Source: an uncultured Bacilli bacterium (lineage in GTDB: Bacteria > Bacillota_I > Bacilli_A > RFN20 > CAG-826). Taken from it: a stretch of DNA of 64,000 nucleotides. The stretch lies in NCBI GenBank assembly GCA_944363525.1, contig CALVUF010000001.1, positions 116,497 to 180,496 on the forward strand. The letters run 5' to 3'. Below the pieces are notes generated by a model. The model was given only the letters and a program-made list of their open reading frames with translations. It searched no databases and was not told the origin of the DNA. Every line of letters begins with the position of its first letter. Position 1 is the first letter of the stretch. Shown piece by piece: positions 52,448 to 61,606 of the stretch. A program made the translations under genes and the position numbers.

Positions 52448-54453
52448 TGGGGCTGCTATTCGCCTTAATCGGGGCGTTATGGGGCTTATTTCTCGTCAAA
52501 GGGGGCGATTTGCCGTTTCTCCTCGTCTTGCTTTTAGCCGGCGGGCTGACCTTTGCTTTGGCTTGGACCTCCAAAAGGCTCAAACCATTTCTGCTAGGCA
52601 TATTGATCGCCGCTATGGTGGCTTTGATATACCGCTTCCTGCCGGTCGGGGATGGCCCTTTCCGCGGGGTCGTCATCAAGACGGGGGAGAACTATTTCCT
52701 TTTAAGCGGGTTCTCGGCCCGTTATTACGTCTATAGCCCCGATCACCCTTATCAGGTCGGGGATTTCCTTACCATCGAAGGCTATGCCAACGAGCTACGG
52801 ATGACGAGCTATGAATCGCGGTTCGACTTCGGAGCCTATTTAGCCTCTTATGGGGTCAAAGCTGAGATAAGCGGGCCGAAGGTAAACGAGGTATTGCTTT
52901 TCCCGTTGCGAATCAAGGCGCGACGGGAAGCGGTCTTCGGTTCCTTGTCCCCCGCCTCCTATAGTGCCGTCCTCGCCATTTTCTTCAATCTCAAGGATTA
53001 CGATTCGTCGTTAATCGCCTCGGCCGATGAATTGAACCTTCTTTTCGCTTTGTCGAGCTCAGGATTTCTTTATGGCGGGGCGGTCCGCTTGCTGTCGAAG
53101 CCGTTTGCCTCGATCTCCAAGAAAGCTGGGCGGATCGGGGAAATCGCGTGTGCTTCGATCCTATTGCCTTTTGCCATCGCTAAAATCGGGGCCATCCGGG
53201 TGTATCTTTGCCTCCTTTTGAAAGGGAACAAGCGGTTCCCGGACTATCTAAGCCGGCTGAGCTTCGTCGGGCTGCTGCTCCTAGCCATCGATTTCCACTT
53301 CGCCTATCAATCCGGTTATCTGCTTGGCTTCTTGATTTCCTTCCTCTTCTGCTTATCCCGGCCGTATTTTCATTCTTTTTCCAGCAAGGGGCGGAAATGG
53401 GGCGGGAAGCTGCTGCTATTTTCCTTAACCATCCCCAGCGGCATCTACTTCGCCGCCGGGGGTTTCCATCTATTCAGCCCTCTTTACGTCTCGCTTATCA
53501 GTCCTTTGGTCCTAGTCATTTATCTATTGAGCCTCTTCTCTTTCTTCCTTTTCCCTCTAGCCGGGGCGATCGAAGTTAGCAGCGGGGCCCTCGAATGGCT
53601 CCTCACCCAACTAAACAAAGTCAACCCGACCATCGCCTTGCCGCCGATTAGTTCGGCCGGAATCCTCCTTTATTATCTGATCCTCATCATCTGCTTCATA
53701 TTCCTCGAATTCGGCTTAAAGCATAAATCCGTCGTCATCGCTACTTCGAGCTTAGTTGTATATTTGCTTTCTCTTTTGCCGATCCAGGGGTATTTATTCT
53801 CTTCGGTCAGCTTCATCAACGTCGGCCAGGGCGATAGCATCTTGCTTATCCACCATGGCAAGGCGATGCTCGTCGACACCGGCGGCTTCCTTTCCTTCGA
53901 TATGGCGGAGGAAGTGCTCTTGCCTTATTTTAGAAAGCGGCGCCTCTATTCCCTTGAAGCCCTGGCCTTGACCCATGCCGACTTCGACCATTCGGGGGCT
54001 AAGGAGTCCTTGCTCGCTTCCTTTCCGGTCAAGCAAGTGCTCGATTCGCGATCCGATTTTCCTTTTTACCTCGACGATCTAAGGATCGATAACCTCAATG
54101 ATTACGGAATCGCCGGGGAAAACGAATCCTCTTTGGTTTTGTCCTTTTCCCTTGGGGGCGATGATTACCTATTGATGGGCGATGCGACTTCCGAGATCGA
54201 GGAGCGGATCATCGCCGATTATCCCAATCTAGAATGCGATATCCTCAAGGTCGGTCACCATGGCTCCGACACCTCCTCGAGCAAGAGGTTCCTATTGGCC
54301 CTTAAGCCGGAAGTGGCGGTCATCTCGGTCGGGGCCGGCAATTCCTATGGCCATCCCGATGAAGCGGTGATTCGCCGCTTAGAAGGCGTGGGGGCAAAAA
54401 TCCGCCGGACCGACAGCGAAGGGACCATCGTCTTCCGCTATTTTGCGGTATAA
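52447..54453 (+). CDS. comEC: DNA internalization channel ComEC/Rec2
   Basis: Polytopic competence domain plus a C-terminal MBL domain (INVGQGDS, THADFDHSGA, VGHHGS). ATG 52447 overlaps the comEA stop (TGATG). Confidence 0.85.
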   Translation: MGLLFALIGALWGLFLVKGGDLPFLLVLLLAGGLTFALAWTSKRLKPFLLGILIAAMVALIYRFLPVGDGPFRGVVIKTGENYFLLSGFSARYYVYSPDHPYQVGDFLTIEGYANELRMTSYESRFDFGAYLASYGVKAEISGPKVNEVLLFPLRIKARREAVFGSLSPASYSAVLAIFFNLKDYDSSLIASADELNLLFALSSSGFLYGGAVRLLSKPFASISKKAGRIGEIACASILLPFAIAKIGAIRVYLCLLLKGNKRFPDYLSRLSFVGLLLLAIDFHFAYQSGYLLGFLISFLFCLSRPYFHSFSSKGRKWGGKLLLFSLTIPSGIYFAAGGFHLFSPLYVSLISPLVLVIYLLSLFSFFLFPLAGAIEVSSGALEWLLTQLNKVNPTIALPPISSAGILLYYLILIICFIFLEFGLKHKSVVIATSSLVVYLLSLLPIQGYLFSSVSFINVGQGDSILLIHHGKAMLVDTGGFLSFDMAEEVLLPYFRKRRLYSLEALALTHADFDHSGAKESLLASFPVKQVLDSRSDFPFYLDDLRIDNLNDYGIAGENESSLVLSFSLGGDDYLLMGDATSEIEERIIADYPNLECDILKVGHHGSDTSSSKRFLLALKPEVAVISVGAGNSYGHPDEAVIRRLEGVGAKIRRTDSEGTIVFRYFAV

Positions 54454-54463
54454 TCCTTTCGTT

Positions 54464-55435
54464 ATGGTTACCCTCGTCTTCTCCGCCGATCCCTTCCTCG
54501 CCCATAAAGGGGCAAGAAAGGAATTCGCCTTGGCCAAAAAAGAGGCCGGGGACGGAATGAGCATCGACTTAGCCGAGCAATCCTTCCTCGATCTATATAA
54601 CGCGGCGGCTTCTTATCCCCTTTTCGGCGACAAAAAAGCCATTTTGGCCCTCAATTGCCCCGAAACGATGAAGAAAGGGAAGAAAAACGCCGACGCCGGC
54701 TTAACCGAGCTTATCCGCCTAATCGAGGCCGAACCCACCGACCTGCGGCTGGTCATTAGCCTCGTCACCCCGAAGCTCGACGAGAAGAAGCCCTTATTCG
54801 CCGCGATCAAGAAGCATGGCAAGATCAAGGAAGTGGCTTTCCCCAAAGACGCCGATTGCCGGGCTTACTTGGATAAATATTTGGCCGCCTCTGGGTCTTC
54901 TATCGAGAAGGCGGCGGCTGATGAACTATTGGCCCGGGTCGGGTCCGACTATGGCCGGTTCCTCAACGAAGTCGCCAAACTCTCGGCCTTCGCTTCCGGC
55001 GAGCGGCTGACCCTCGATGACGTCAAGACCTTAGTCGCGGCCAAAGAGGAGGACAATTCCTTCCTCTTCATCGATTCCTTGCTTCAAGGGGATGCCCGGA
55101 AAAGTCTAAAACTCTATGAAAGCCTCAAACGGAAAGGGTATGAGGAAGTTGGGCTACTAAGCGCCATCGCCTCCCAATTCCGTTTCCTGGATTTAGTCGA
55201 ATACCTCGATTCCAAGGGGATGGACGAATACCAGATCGCCCAGGTCCTAAGCTCCCCAGCCCCGGTCAATCCCTATCGGGTCAAAGTGAGTCTCTCGAAG
55301 ATCGCCCGTATTTCCCCCAAAGCCTTGGAGAACGCCTTGGAAGGGTGCTACCAAGCCCAGCTTTCGATCCTTAAAGGGCAAAGCGATCCTGAGCTCGCCT
55401 TCACCCGCTTTATCTGCAACCTTGAGGTCAGATAA
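54464..55435 (+). CDS. holA: DNA polymerase III delta subunit
   Basis: Conserved comEC-holA-rpsT neighbourhood; length and helical C-terminal domain fit HolA. Confidence 0.7.
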   Translation: MVTLVFSADPFLAHKGARKEFALAKKEAGDGMSIDLAEQSFLDLYNAAASYPLFGDKKAILALNCPETMKKGKKNADAGLTELIRLIEAEPTDLRLVISLVTPKLDEKKPLFAAIKKHGKIKEVAFPKDADCRAYLDKYLAASGSSIEKAAADELLARVGSDYGRFLNEVAKLSAFASGERLTLDDVKTLVAAKEEDNSFLFIDSLLQGDARKSLKLYESLKRKGYEEVGLLSAIASQFRFLDLVEYLDSKGMDEYQIAQVLSSPAPVNPYRVKVSLSKIARISPKALENALEGCYQAQLSILKGQSDPELAFTRFICNLEVR

Positions 55436-55442
55436 ATAAGAA

Positions 55443-55465
55443 AACCCCCGATCGAATCGGGGGTT
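55443..55465. terminator. bidirectional terminator between holA and rpsT
   Basis: AACCCCCGAT-CGA-ATCGGGGGTT; a U-rich run follows on the minus strand. Confidence 0.75.
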
Positions 55466-55481
55466 ATTCATTATTGGAAGA

Positions 55482-55745
55482 TTAGGCGATCTTTGCGACG
55501 ACCGATTCCAAGTGGGCTTTCTTCCGGTCGGCGTTGTTCGGCTTGAGGATGCCTTCTTGGGCGATTTTGTCCAGAAGCGAAACGGCGACTTTGAGGGCCT
55601 CTTTGGCTTCGTCTTTCTTTCCTTCGGCGGCTAAGGTCTCGACCTTCTTGCAGGCGGTCCGGACCTCGGACTTGAAGGAAGCGTTGTGCTGCCTGGCCTT
55701 TTCGTTGGTCAGGTCGCGCTTGATCTGCGATTTGATGTTCGGCAT
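55482..55745 (-). CDS. rpsT: 30S ribosomal protein S20
   Basis: MPNIKSQIKRDLTNEKARQHN start with SD AAAGGAAA; the ORF-track start was trimmed. Confidence 0.93.
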   Translation of the reverse strand: MPNIKSQIKRDLTNEKARQHNASFKSEVRTACKKVETLAAEGKKDEAKEALKVAVSLLDKIAQEGILKPNNADRKKAHLESVVAKIA

Positions 55746-55814
55746 ATTCGTTTGGTTTCCTTTTTGAGATGTTAACGCGCCTATATTAGACATAATGTCT
55801 AACAAAGGCAAGGA

Positions 55815-57818
55815 TTACTTGGTGAGGTCAAGGATCTCCTTAGTGAAATCGTTCGCGGTCATCAGTTTCCCCCAGAGTTCCTCCGGGATGTCGACTTTGA
55901 ATTCTTTGTTCAAGGTCTGGGCCATGTCGATGTAGCTCATCGAATCCCCACCGAGGTCGGCGCCCCAATCGGCGTCGGGCTCAATCTTGAATTCCGGGAG
56001 GGCCAAGATTTTGGCGAAGACTTGGATGACGTGGTGGAGGACCTCGTCGACTTTGGCTTGGTCATAGCCTTCGAAGCTGACGGTCTTCTTCTTCGGGGCA
56101 TCGAAGGAGATGAAGTCCTTCGACCCTTTCTCGATGGCGTCCTTGATGACGAACCGCTTGACCTTCATCGAGCCGGATAAGGGGAGAGGGCGTTTATTGA
56201 CCAAGATGGCTTGGACCTTCTTCTCGGTCGGGAGGGTCGAGTTGATGGCCTTGATGTCCTCGTGGATCTTCTGCAAGGTCTCCTCGGTGACCGAGTTGTC
56301 GACTTCGCAGACCAAGGTGATCTTCTCATCCTTATCGCCCGGGAACTTGGCCCCTAAGCAGACGACGTTGTTCAGGTTCTTGACGTCTTTGAAGTAGGAC
56401 TCGATCTCATCGGGGTAGACGTTCTCGCCATTGCCGAGGATGATGGTGTCCTTGATCCGGCCCCGGAGGTAGACCCGGCCGTCTTCATCCATGTAGGCGA
56501 TGTCGCCCGAAGGGAAGAAACCATCGGGCCAATCGACGTATTTCATGACCCCGCCGATGATCTCGCGGCCATGGACGATGTTGGATTTGATCTGGAGTTC
56601 ACCCGGGACGTTGGGGGCGCACACATTCCCCTTGCTATCGACGACCCGATAGGTGACCCCGTCGAAAGCCTGGCCGATCGAGCCGCGGAGGCGGGTATCG
56701 ACGTCGGGTGAGCGCTCGACCGAGGTGATGCCGACTTCGGTCATCCCATAGCCGTTATAAAGGGGATAGCCGATGCCGTTGATGACATTTTGGGTCTTAG
56801 GCGAGAGGAAGCCGCCGCCGGAGATGCAGTATTGGACCTTCTTTCCGAGGACTTTCTTCTGGAACAGCCCCTTGATGGACTTCGACCCGCCAAGGCCGGC
56901 CTCTTTCTTCGAGATCTTGCCGGTGTTGTAGGCGATCATCCGGGAGAAGACGTCGGCCATGCCGGGCTTCATCGCGACGATGGTCCGGTTGACGGTCTGG
57001 GCGATCTTGTCCCAGAGTAAGGGCACCGAGAAGATATGGGTGCACTTGGCTTTCTTGATGGCGTAGAGCAAGTCCGGGGTCGCTGGGGAAGCGGGGTAGA
57101 CGATGGACTTGCCATAGTAGGTGAACCAGAGGAGGACGGCGATGAAGCCGAACACGTGGTGGAAGGGGAGCATGGCGAAGTTGCGGATCGCCCCCGGATG
57201 GATCAAGGTGAGGGAGGTTTCGGGGATGTTCCGGGCGGCCAGGATCTGATAGACCATGTTCTTGCCGGCGTAGACCATCATCTTCGCGTCGCCGGTGGTG
57301 CCGGAGGAGCAGAAGATGAGGTGGTTGGCCCAGTCGGGGCGGAATTGGTAATCGACCTCTTCCTTGGCGATATCGTTGAGCCGGAAGCTCGGGACGAGGA
57401 ATTTCTCCTCGTCGTTGGCGATGATGGCCTTGGCTTTGGCTTGGCGAAGGAGGTTATCGGTGTTCTCCTTGGCCAATTTGGCGTCGATGAGCAAGGGCGA
57501 ATGGCCGCACATGAGCAAAGCCCAGAAGACGACCGGCCACTTGGGGGAGTTCTTCAGCTTGATGCCGACGACGGTCCCGGCCGGGATGCCGGAGAGGAGC
57601 TTGCTGAGCTTCGAGCTGGTCTTGAACACCTCGTCTTTGAATTCGCTATAGGTCTGCTTGATCATCTTGCCTGATTCATCGAAGGAAATCGCGATGACGC
57701 TTTTGGGGTCGTTGGCGACGATGGCGTCATAGATGTCATGCATGGTCATGCGGGTATCCAAGAGTTTGGTCGAGATATCGACGTAGCGCTGGACTTCCGC
57801 TTGGGTGTATTTCTTCAT
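55815..57818 (-). CDS. adenylate-forming enzyme (acyl-CoA/acyl-ACP synthetase-like) fused to a C-terminal carrier-protein domain
   Basis: Adenylation motifs SSGTTGDAK, GYGMTE, SGDIAYMDEDG, GRIKDTII and KVKR. C-terminal LGGDSMSYIDMAQ is a phosphopantetheine attachment motif. Confidence 0.85.
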   Translation of the reverse strand: MKKYTQAEVQRYVDISTKLLDTRMTMHDIYDAIVANDPKSVIAISFDESGKMIKQTYSEFKDEVFKTSSKLSKLLSGIPAGTVVGIKLKNSPKWPVVFWALLMCGHSPLLIDAKLAKENTDNLLRQAKAKAIIANDEEKFLVPSFRLNDIAKEEVDYQFRPDWANHLIFCSSGTTGDAKMMVYAGKNMVYQILAARNIPETSLTLIHPGAIRNFAMLPFHHVFGFIAVLLWFTYYGKSIVYPASPATPDLLYAIKKAKCTHIFSVPLLWDKIAQTVNRTIVAMKPGMADVFSRMIAYNTGKISKKEAGLGGSKSIKGLFQKKVLGKKVQYCISGGGFLSPKTQNVINGIGYPLYNGYGMTEVGITSVERSPDVDTRLRGSIGQAFDGVTYRVVDSKGNVCAPNVPGELQIKSNIVHGREIIGGVMKYVDWPDGFFPSGDIAYMDEDGRVYLRGRIKDTIILGNGENVYPDEIESYFKDVKNLNNVVCLGAKFPGDKDEKITLVCEVDNSVTEETLQKIHEDIKAINSTLPTEKKVQAILVNKRPLPLSGSMKVKRFVIKDAIEKGSKDFISFDAPKKKTVSFEGYDQAKVDEVLHHVIQVFAKILALPEFKIEPDADWGADLGGDSMSYIDMAQTLNKEFKVDIPEELWGKLMTANDFTKEILDLTK

Positions 57819-57896
57819 ATCTTACCTTTCTGCCCTAAAGGGCAACTGGCACATAATACAACCCATAACGCCGATAATGAAAGGGATTTTGACTTA

Positions 57897-57905
57897 TGAT
57901 ACAAT
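57897..57905 (+). promoter_or_regulatory. extended -10 box 9 nt from the fmt ATG (near-leaderless)
   Basis: TGaTACAAT at 57897-57905, then TGCCAAGAC, then ATG 57915; no SD. Confidence 0.4.
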
Positions 57906-57914
57906 TGCCAAGAC

Positions 57915-58859
57915 ATGGAAAAATTCACCGAAAAATCCCAATTCTCCATCCTTTACATGGGGACCCCCGATATCAGCACTCGCCTGCTTTCCAAACTGCT
58001 CGATAACGGCTATAACGTCATCGGCGTCGTCTGCAATCCCGATAAGGAGACTGGGCGGAAGAAGGTCTTAACCCCTTGCCCGGTTAAACAGGTGGCCTTA
58101 GAGCATCATCTCCCGGCCTATAGCCCAGCTAAGATCAGATTGGACCACGATTTCCTTAACGATATCTCCGCCGATCTGATCCTCACTTTCTCCTATGGCC
58201 AGATCGTCCCGAGGGCGGTCCTCGATTTCCCGCGTTATGGATGTTTGAACCTCCATGGCTCCTTATTGCCGGCCTACCGCGGGGCGGCCCCGATGCAGCG
58301 GGCCCTGCTCAATGGGGACAAAGAAACCGGGGTCACCTTGATGGAGATGGTCGAGGCGATGGACGCTGGCCGGATGTACGCGAAGAAAACCATCCCCCTA
58401 TCCGAAGAAGACAATTACACCTCCTTATGCGCCAAGATGGCGGAAGCCGCCTTCGCCGTCTTTGACGAGAACATCCTCGCTTACCTAAATGGCGAATTGC
58501 CGGGTGAAGCCCAAGACGAAACCCTCGTCAGCATCGCCAAAAAGATCAAGCCGGAGGAGGAAAAGCTCGATCTTAACGATACCAGGGAGCACCTCTTCAA
58601 TAAGATCCGGGCCCTCTCCTTGACACCGGGGGCCTACGTTTATTTCGAGGGAAAGAAACTCAAGATCCTCTCCGCCGTCATCGAGGAAGAGGCCAAAGGC
58701 GAAGCGGGGACGCTCCGCTTCGACAAGAAGCACCTTTCGGTCTTGGTTGGGGATGGGTATCTCGGACTGAAAGCCGTCCAACTGGAAGGGAAGAAGGCGA
58801 TGGATACCGTCTCCTTCCTCCAAGGGCAGCATGACCTAAACGGGAAGAAGCTGTCTTAA
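57915..58859 (+). CDS. fmt: methionyl-tRNA formyltransferase
   Basis: ILYMGTPD N-terminus, NLHGSLLPAYRGAAP motif, 314 aa. Confidence 0.95.
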   Translation: MEKFTEKSQFSILYMGTPDISTRLLSKLLDNGYNVIGVVCNPDKETGRKKVLTPCPVKQVALEHHLPAYSPAKIRLDHDFLNDISADLILTFSYGQIVPRAVLDFPRYGCLNLHGSLLPAYRGAAPMQRALLNGDKETGVTLMEMVEAMDAGRMYAKKTIPLSEEDNYTSLCAKMAEAAFAVFDENILAYLNGELPGEAQDETLVSIAKKIKPEEEKLDLNDTREHLFNKIRALSLTPGAYVYFEGKKLKILSAVIEEEAKGEAGTLRFDKKHLSVLVGDGYLGLKAVQLEGKKAMDTVSFLQGQHDLNGKKLS

Positions 58860-61216
58860 TGGGGCTTTTCGCGCGGCTTTCGGTCCACGAGCTGGTCGAT
58901 CCATTGTTCCGCTCGGGCGACCTCGATGACCGGATATACAATCAGGAGACGATGGCCGAGGGCAGCCGGATCCATTCGAAGTACCAAAAGAAGCAACGGG
59001 GCGATTATCTAAGCGAATACCCCCTCGAATGCGCGATCGAGGCCAAACTCGGCACCGTCTATCTTTTCGGCCGGGCCGACGGAATCAAGAAAGACGGGAA
59101 CTCGGTCTCGGTCGAGGAAGTGAAGTCGACCGTCGCCGACCTCGATGAGTTCTTCTCCGTTCAGGAGCGATGGCACTTATCCCAAGCCCAGTGCTACGCC
59201 TATATGTACTGCCGGCAAAACAAACTCCCCCAAGCCGAGATCAAGTTGGTCTATATCTCCCAACTTAAAGACGGGGAGACGATGAACAAAGGCTATGTCT
59301 TCAGCTTTGATGAGCTCGAGGCGGCGGTCCTTTCGATGGTCGACCTCTATTTAAGCCGGCTGGTCAAAGAGCAGGATAGGAAGAAAGCGCGCGACGAAAG
59401 CGCCCTCTCCCTCGCCTTCCCATTTGCTTCCTTCCGTCGGGGGCAAAGGGATTTAGCCAAATATTGCTACGCCTTATGCCTCAAGGGCGGGCGGATGTTC
59501 GCCGAGGCCCCGACCGGGATCGGGAAGACGATGTCGGTCCTCTATCCGGCGATGAAAGCCTTCGCCAAAGGGAAACTCGATAAGGTGTTTTACTTGACCG
59601 CCAAAGGGACCGGGGCCGAAATTGCTGAGAAAACGGCTCGGATCATGATCGAAAAGGGGCTCCGGATCCGGGTCTCGAGCCTCTTGGCCAAAGAGAAGGC
59701 CTGCGCTTTCCCCGGCCATTCCTGCAACCCCGATGATTGCCCCTTCGCCAAGGATTATTACGGCAAGCGGGAAGCCTGCTTGGCTGAGGCCAAGGAGCGG
59801 TCAGCGTTCTTCACTAGAGCCGAATACGCCGCCTTTTGCCGGGAGAAAGCCATCTGCCCCTTCGAGTTCCAGCTCGATTTAAGCGAATCCAGCGACCTCA
59901 TCATCGCCGATTACAACTACCTTTTCGACCCCTTCGTCAAATTGGAACGCTACTTCGGGGCCGAGGCCGACCCGACCGATGACTTCGCCCTGATCGACGA
60001 AGCCCATAACCTGGTCGAGCGGGGACGGGCGATGTATGGGGCGAAAATCAGCGCGTCCGACGCCTATTACGCCGCTTTGTCTTTAGAGAAAGGGAAGTGG
60101 AGCAAGGTCAAGCGGGCCATTGGGAAAATAAGAAAGGCCTTGGAAGAGGAATGTGCCGATTCCGAGGAATTAGGCTTCTTTTCCGAATTCCCCCTCTCGG
60201 TCCAAAAAGCCATCGAGGGGCTGCAACGGGTCTTGCTTGAGAAACGGAAGAAAGAAGGGGGCGGGATGCCTTCTAGGGCCCGTGACTTCGTTAGAGAATG
60301 CTCGCGGATCAGCAAATTGATGGAAGGGTATGTCTCCTCTGCCCCTTCCGCCTTTAAGCTCATCAAAGGCCGGGCCCAATACCCCTCGATCGAGCTGTTT
60401 TGCCTTGATCCTTCCTCATTCCTGACCGATTCTTTATCGAGGTTGAAGGGGGCGTTATTGTTCTCCGCCACCTTATCGCCTTTGCCTTATTACGAAGAGG
60501 CCATCTTCGCCGGCCATACGGTCCCGACCCTCCTTTTGCCATCCCCTTTCCCCAAAGAACGGATGAAACTGCTCATCGCCCCCAACCTCTCGACCCGTTA
60601 TAAGGACCGGGAGAAAAACGCCGACCGCTTGGCGGAATATCTGCAGGAATTCGTCGCCGGCAAAACCGGGAACTACTTCATTTTCTTCCCGAGCTACGAA
60701 TATCTGCATCTATTGGAGCCGAAGCTCAATTTCCCCGGGGCCGAGGTCTATGCCCAAAGCAAGGACATGGGGGAGGAGGCAAGGTTGGAATTGCTTTCGG
60801 TATTTGCCCCGAATCCGAAGGTGTCCCACGTCGCCTTATTGGTTTTAGGCGGGACTTTCGCCGAGGGGATCGACTTGCCAAGCGACCGGCTGATCGGGGT
60901 GGCGGTGGTCGGGGTTGGGCTGCCCCAAGTGAATTTCACCAACGAATTGATCAAAGAGACCAAGGGCGAGGACGGGTTCGACTTCGCCTACAAGCACCCG
61001 GGGATGAACAAGGTCATGCAGGCTTTGGGTCGGCTCATCCGGAGCGAATCCGATTCCGGGGCGGCGCTCCTCATCGATGACCGTTACCTCCATGCCGATT
61101 ACCGGGCTTTATTAAGCAAACGCTACCCCGATTACCAAGTGGTCCGGGAGAAGGGTGACATCTCCCGTTCTTTGGCTTCTTTTTACAAGAAAATCGGTAG
61201 CGGAAAATCAAAATGA
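58859..61216 (+). CDS. PD-(D/E)XK nuclease domain fused to an XPD/DinG-family Fe-S helicase
   Basis: N-terminus: GRADGI ... VEEVKS ... QAQCYAYMY (RecB-type nuclease motifs). Helicase: AEAPTGIGKT, Cys cluster CAFPGHSCNPDDCPF...C, DEAHN box, and QALGRLIRS in the C-terminal domain. Confidence 0.8.
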   Translation: MGLFARLSVHELVDPLFRSGDLDDRIYNQETMAEGSRIHSKYQKKQRGDYLSEYPLECAIEAKLGTVYLFGRADGIKKDGNSVSVEEVKSTVADLDEFFSVQERWHLSQAQCYAYMYCRQNKLPQAEIKLVYISQLKDGETMNKGYVFSFDELEAAVLSMVDLYLSRLVKEQDRKKARDESALSLAFPFASFRRGQRDLAKYCYALCLKGGRMFAEAPTGIGKTMSVLYPAMKAFAKGKLDKVFYLTAKGTGAEIAEKTARIMIEKGLRIRVSSLLAKEKACAFPGHSCNPDDCPFAKDYYGKREACLAEAKERSAFFTRAEYAAFCREKAICPFEFQLDLSESSDLIIADYNYLFDPFVKLERYFGAEADPTDDFALIDEAHNLVERGRAMYGAKISASDAYYAALSLEKGKWSKVKRAIGKIRKALEEECADSEELGFFSEFPLSVQKAIEGLQRVLLEKRKKEGGGMPSRARDFVRECSRISKLMEGYVSSAPSAFKLIKGRAQYPSIELFCLDPSSFLTDSLSRLKGALLFSATLSPLPYYEEAIFAGHTVPTLLLPSPFPKERMKLLIAPNLSTRYKDREKNADRLAEYLQEFVAGKTGNYFIFFPSYEYLHLLEPKLNFPGAEVYAQSKDMGEEARLELLSVFAPNPKVSHVALLVLGGTFAEGIDLPSDRLIGVAVVGVGLPQVNFTNELIKETKGEDGFDFAYKHPGMNKVMQALGRLIRSESDSGAALLIDDRYLHADYRALLSKRYPDYQVVREKGDISRSLASFYKKIGSGKSK

Positions 61217-61219
61217 GGC

Positions 61220-61225
61220 TATAAT
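61220..61225 (+). promoter_or_regulatory. -10 box 8 nt from the ATG (near-leaderless)
   Basis: TATAAT at 61220-61225, then GAAAACCT, then ATG 61234. Confidence 0.35.
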
Positions 61226-61233
61226 GAAAACCT

Positions 61234-61425
61234 ATGAAAACCACTACGCTAATATATCTCTCCTTCATCCTCATCGCCGTCGGGTTCATCGTCGGGAGCG
61301 GTTTCGCTTTCCTTGCCGATGTGGCCATTGCGACCGGTTATCTCGTTGGGGCGGGGCTTTCTTTCTTAATCGGGATTATCGGCTTGGTCGTCTTGGCCGT
61401 TAAAGACCATAAGCAAGATAAGTAG
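61234..61425 (+). CDS. small 2-TM membrane protein
   Basis: 63 aa with two hydrophobic helices and tail KDHKQDK. The overlapping 61155-61403 frame is Arg/His-rich and not protein-like. Confidence 0.55.
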   Translation: MKTTTLIYLSFILIAVGFIVGSGFAFLADVAIATGYLVGAGLSFLIGIIGLVVLAVKDHKQDK

Positions 61426-61606
61426 GGCGGTTTATCCCGCGAATTTCGTCAGTAAACGACGTTATCTCGAAAGGCGCGTTTTTTAGGACTAATTGCCGGG
61501 ACTCAACCGATGTTGCCGATTGTCTGATGACGTTGGCTTTCAGAAGTGGCGGAAAGGTTTTCCCTCCTTGATAGGAGGGGCGCTTGCCTTTATAATCGCT
61601 GCCGTT

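Noticed and set aside
55787-55801. Inverted repeat TAGACAT-a-ATGTCTA upstream of rpsT.
   Set aside because: It is AT-rich with 7-nt arms and a 1-nt centre, so it cannot form a stable hairpin. No matching second site or regulator is visible, so it is probably a chance palindrome overlapping -10-like sequences.
57036-57674. 212-aa plus-strand ORF antisense to the adenylation-domain gene.
   Set aside because: Composition is Gly/Asp/Glu/Val-rich with no motifs. The opposite strand encodes a complete set of ANL adenylation motifs.
61224-61242. Tandem ATGAAAACCT ATGAAAACC duplication giving two in-phase-shifted start codons (frames of 61155-61403 and 61234-61425).
   Set aside because: Only the 61234 frame encodes a plausible (2-TM) protein; the other frame is Arg/His-rich. 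I treat the duplication as coincidental.
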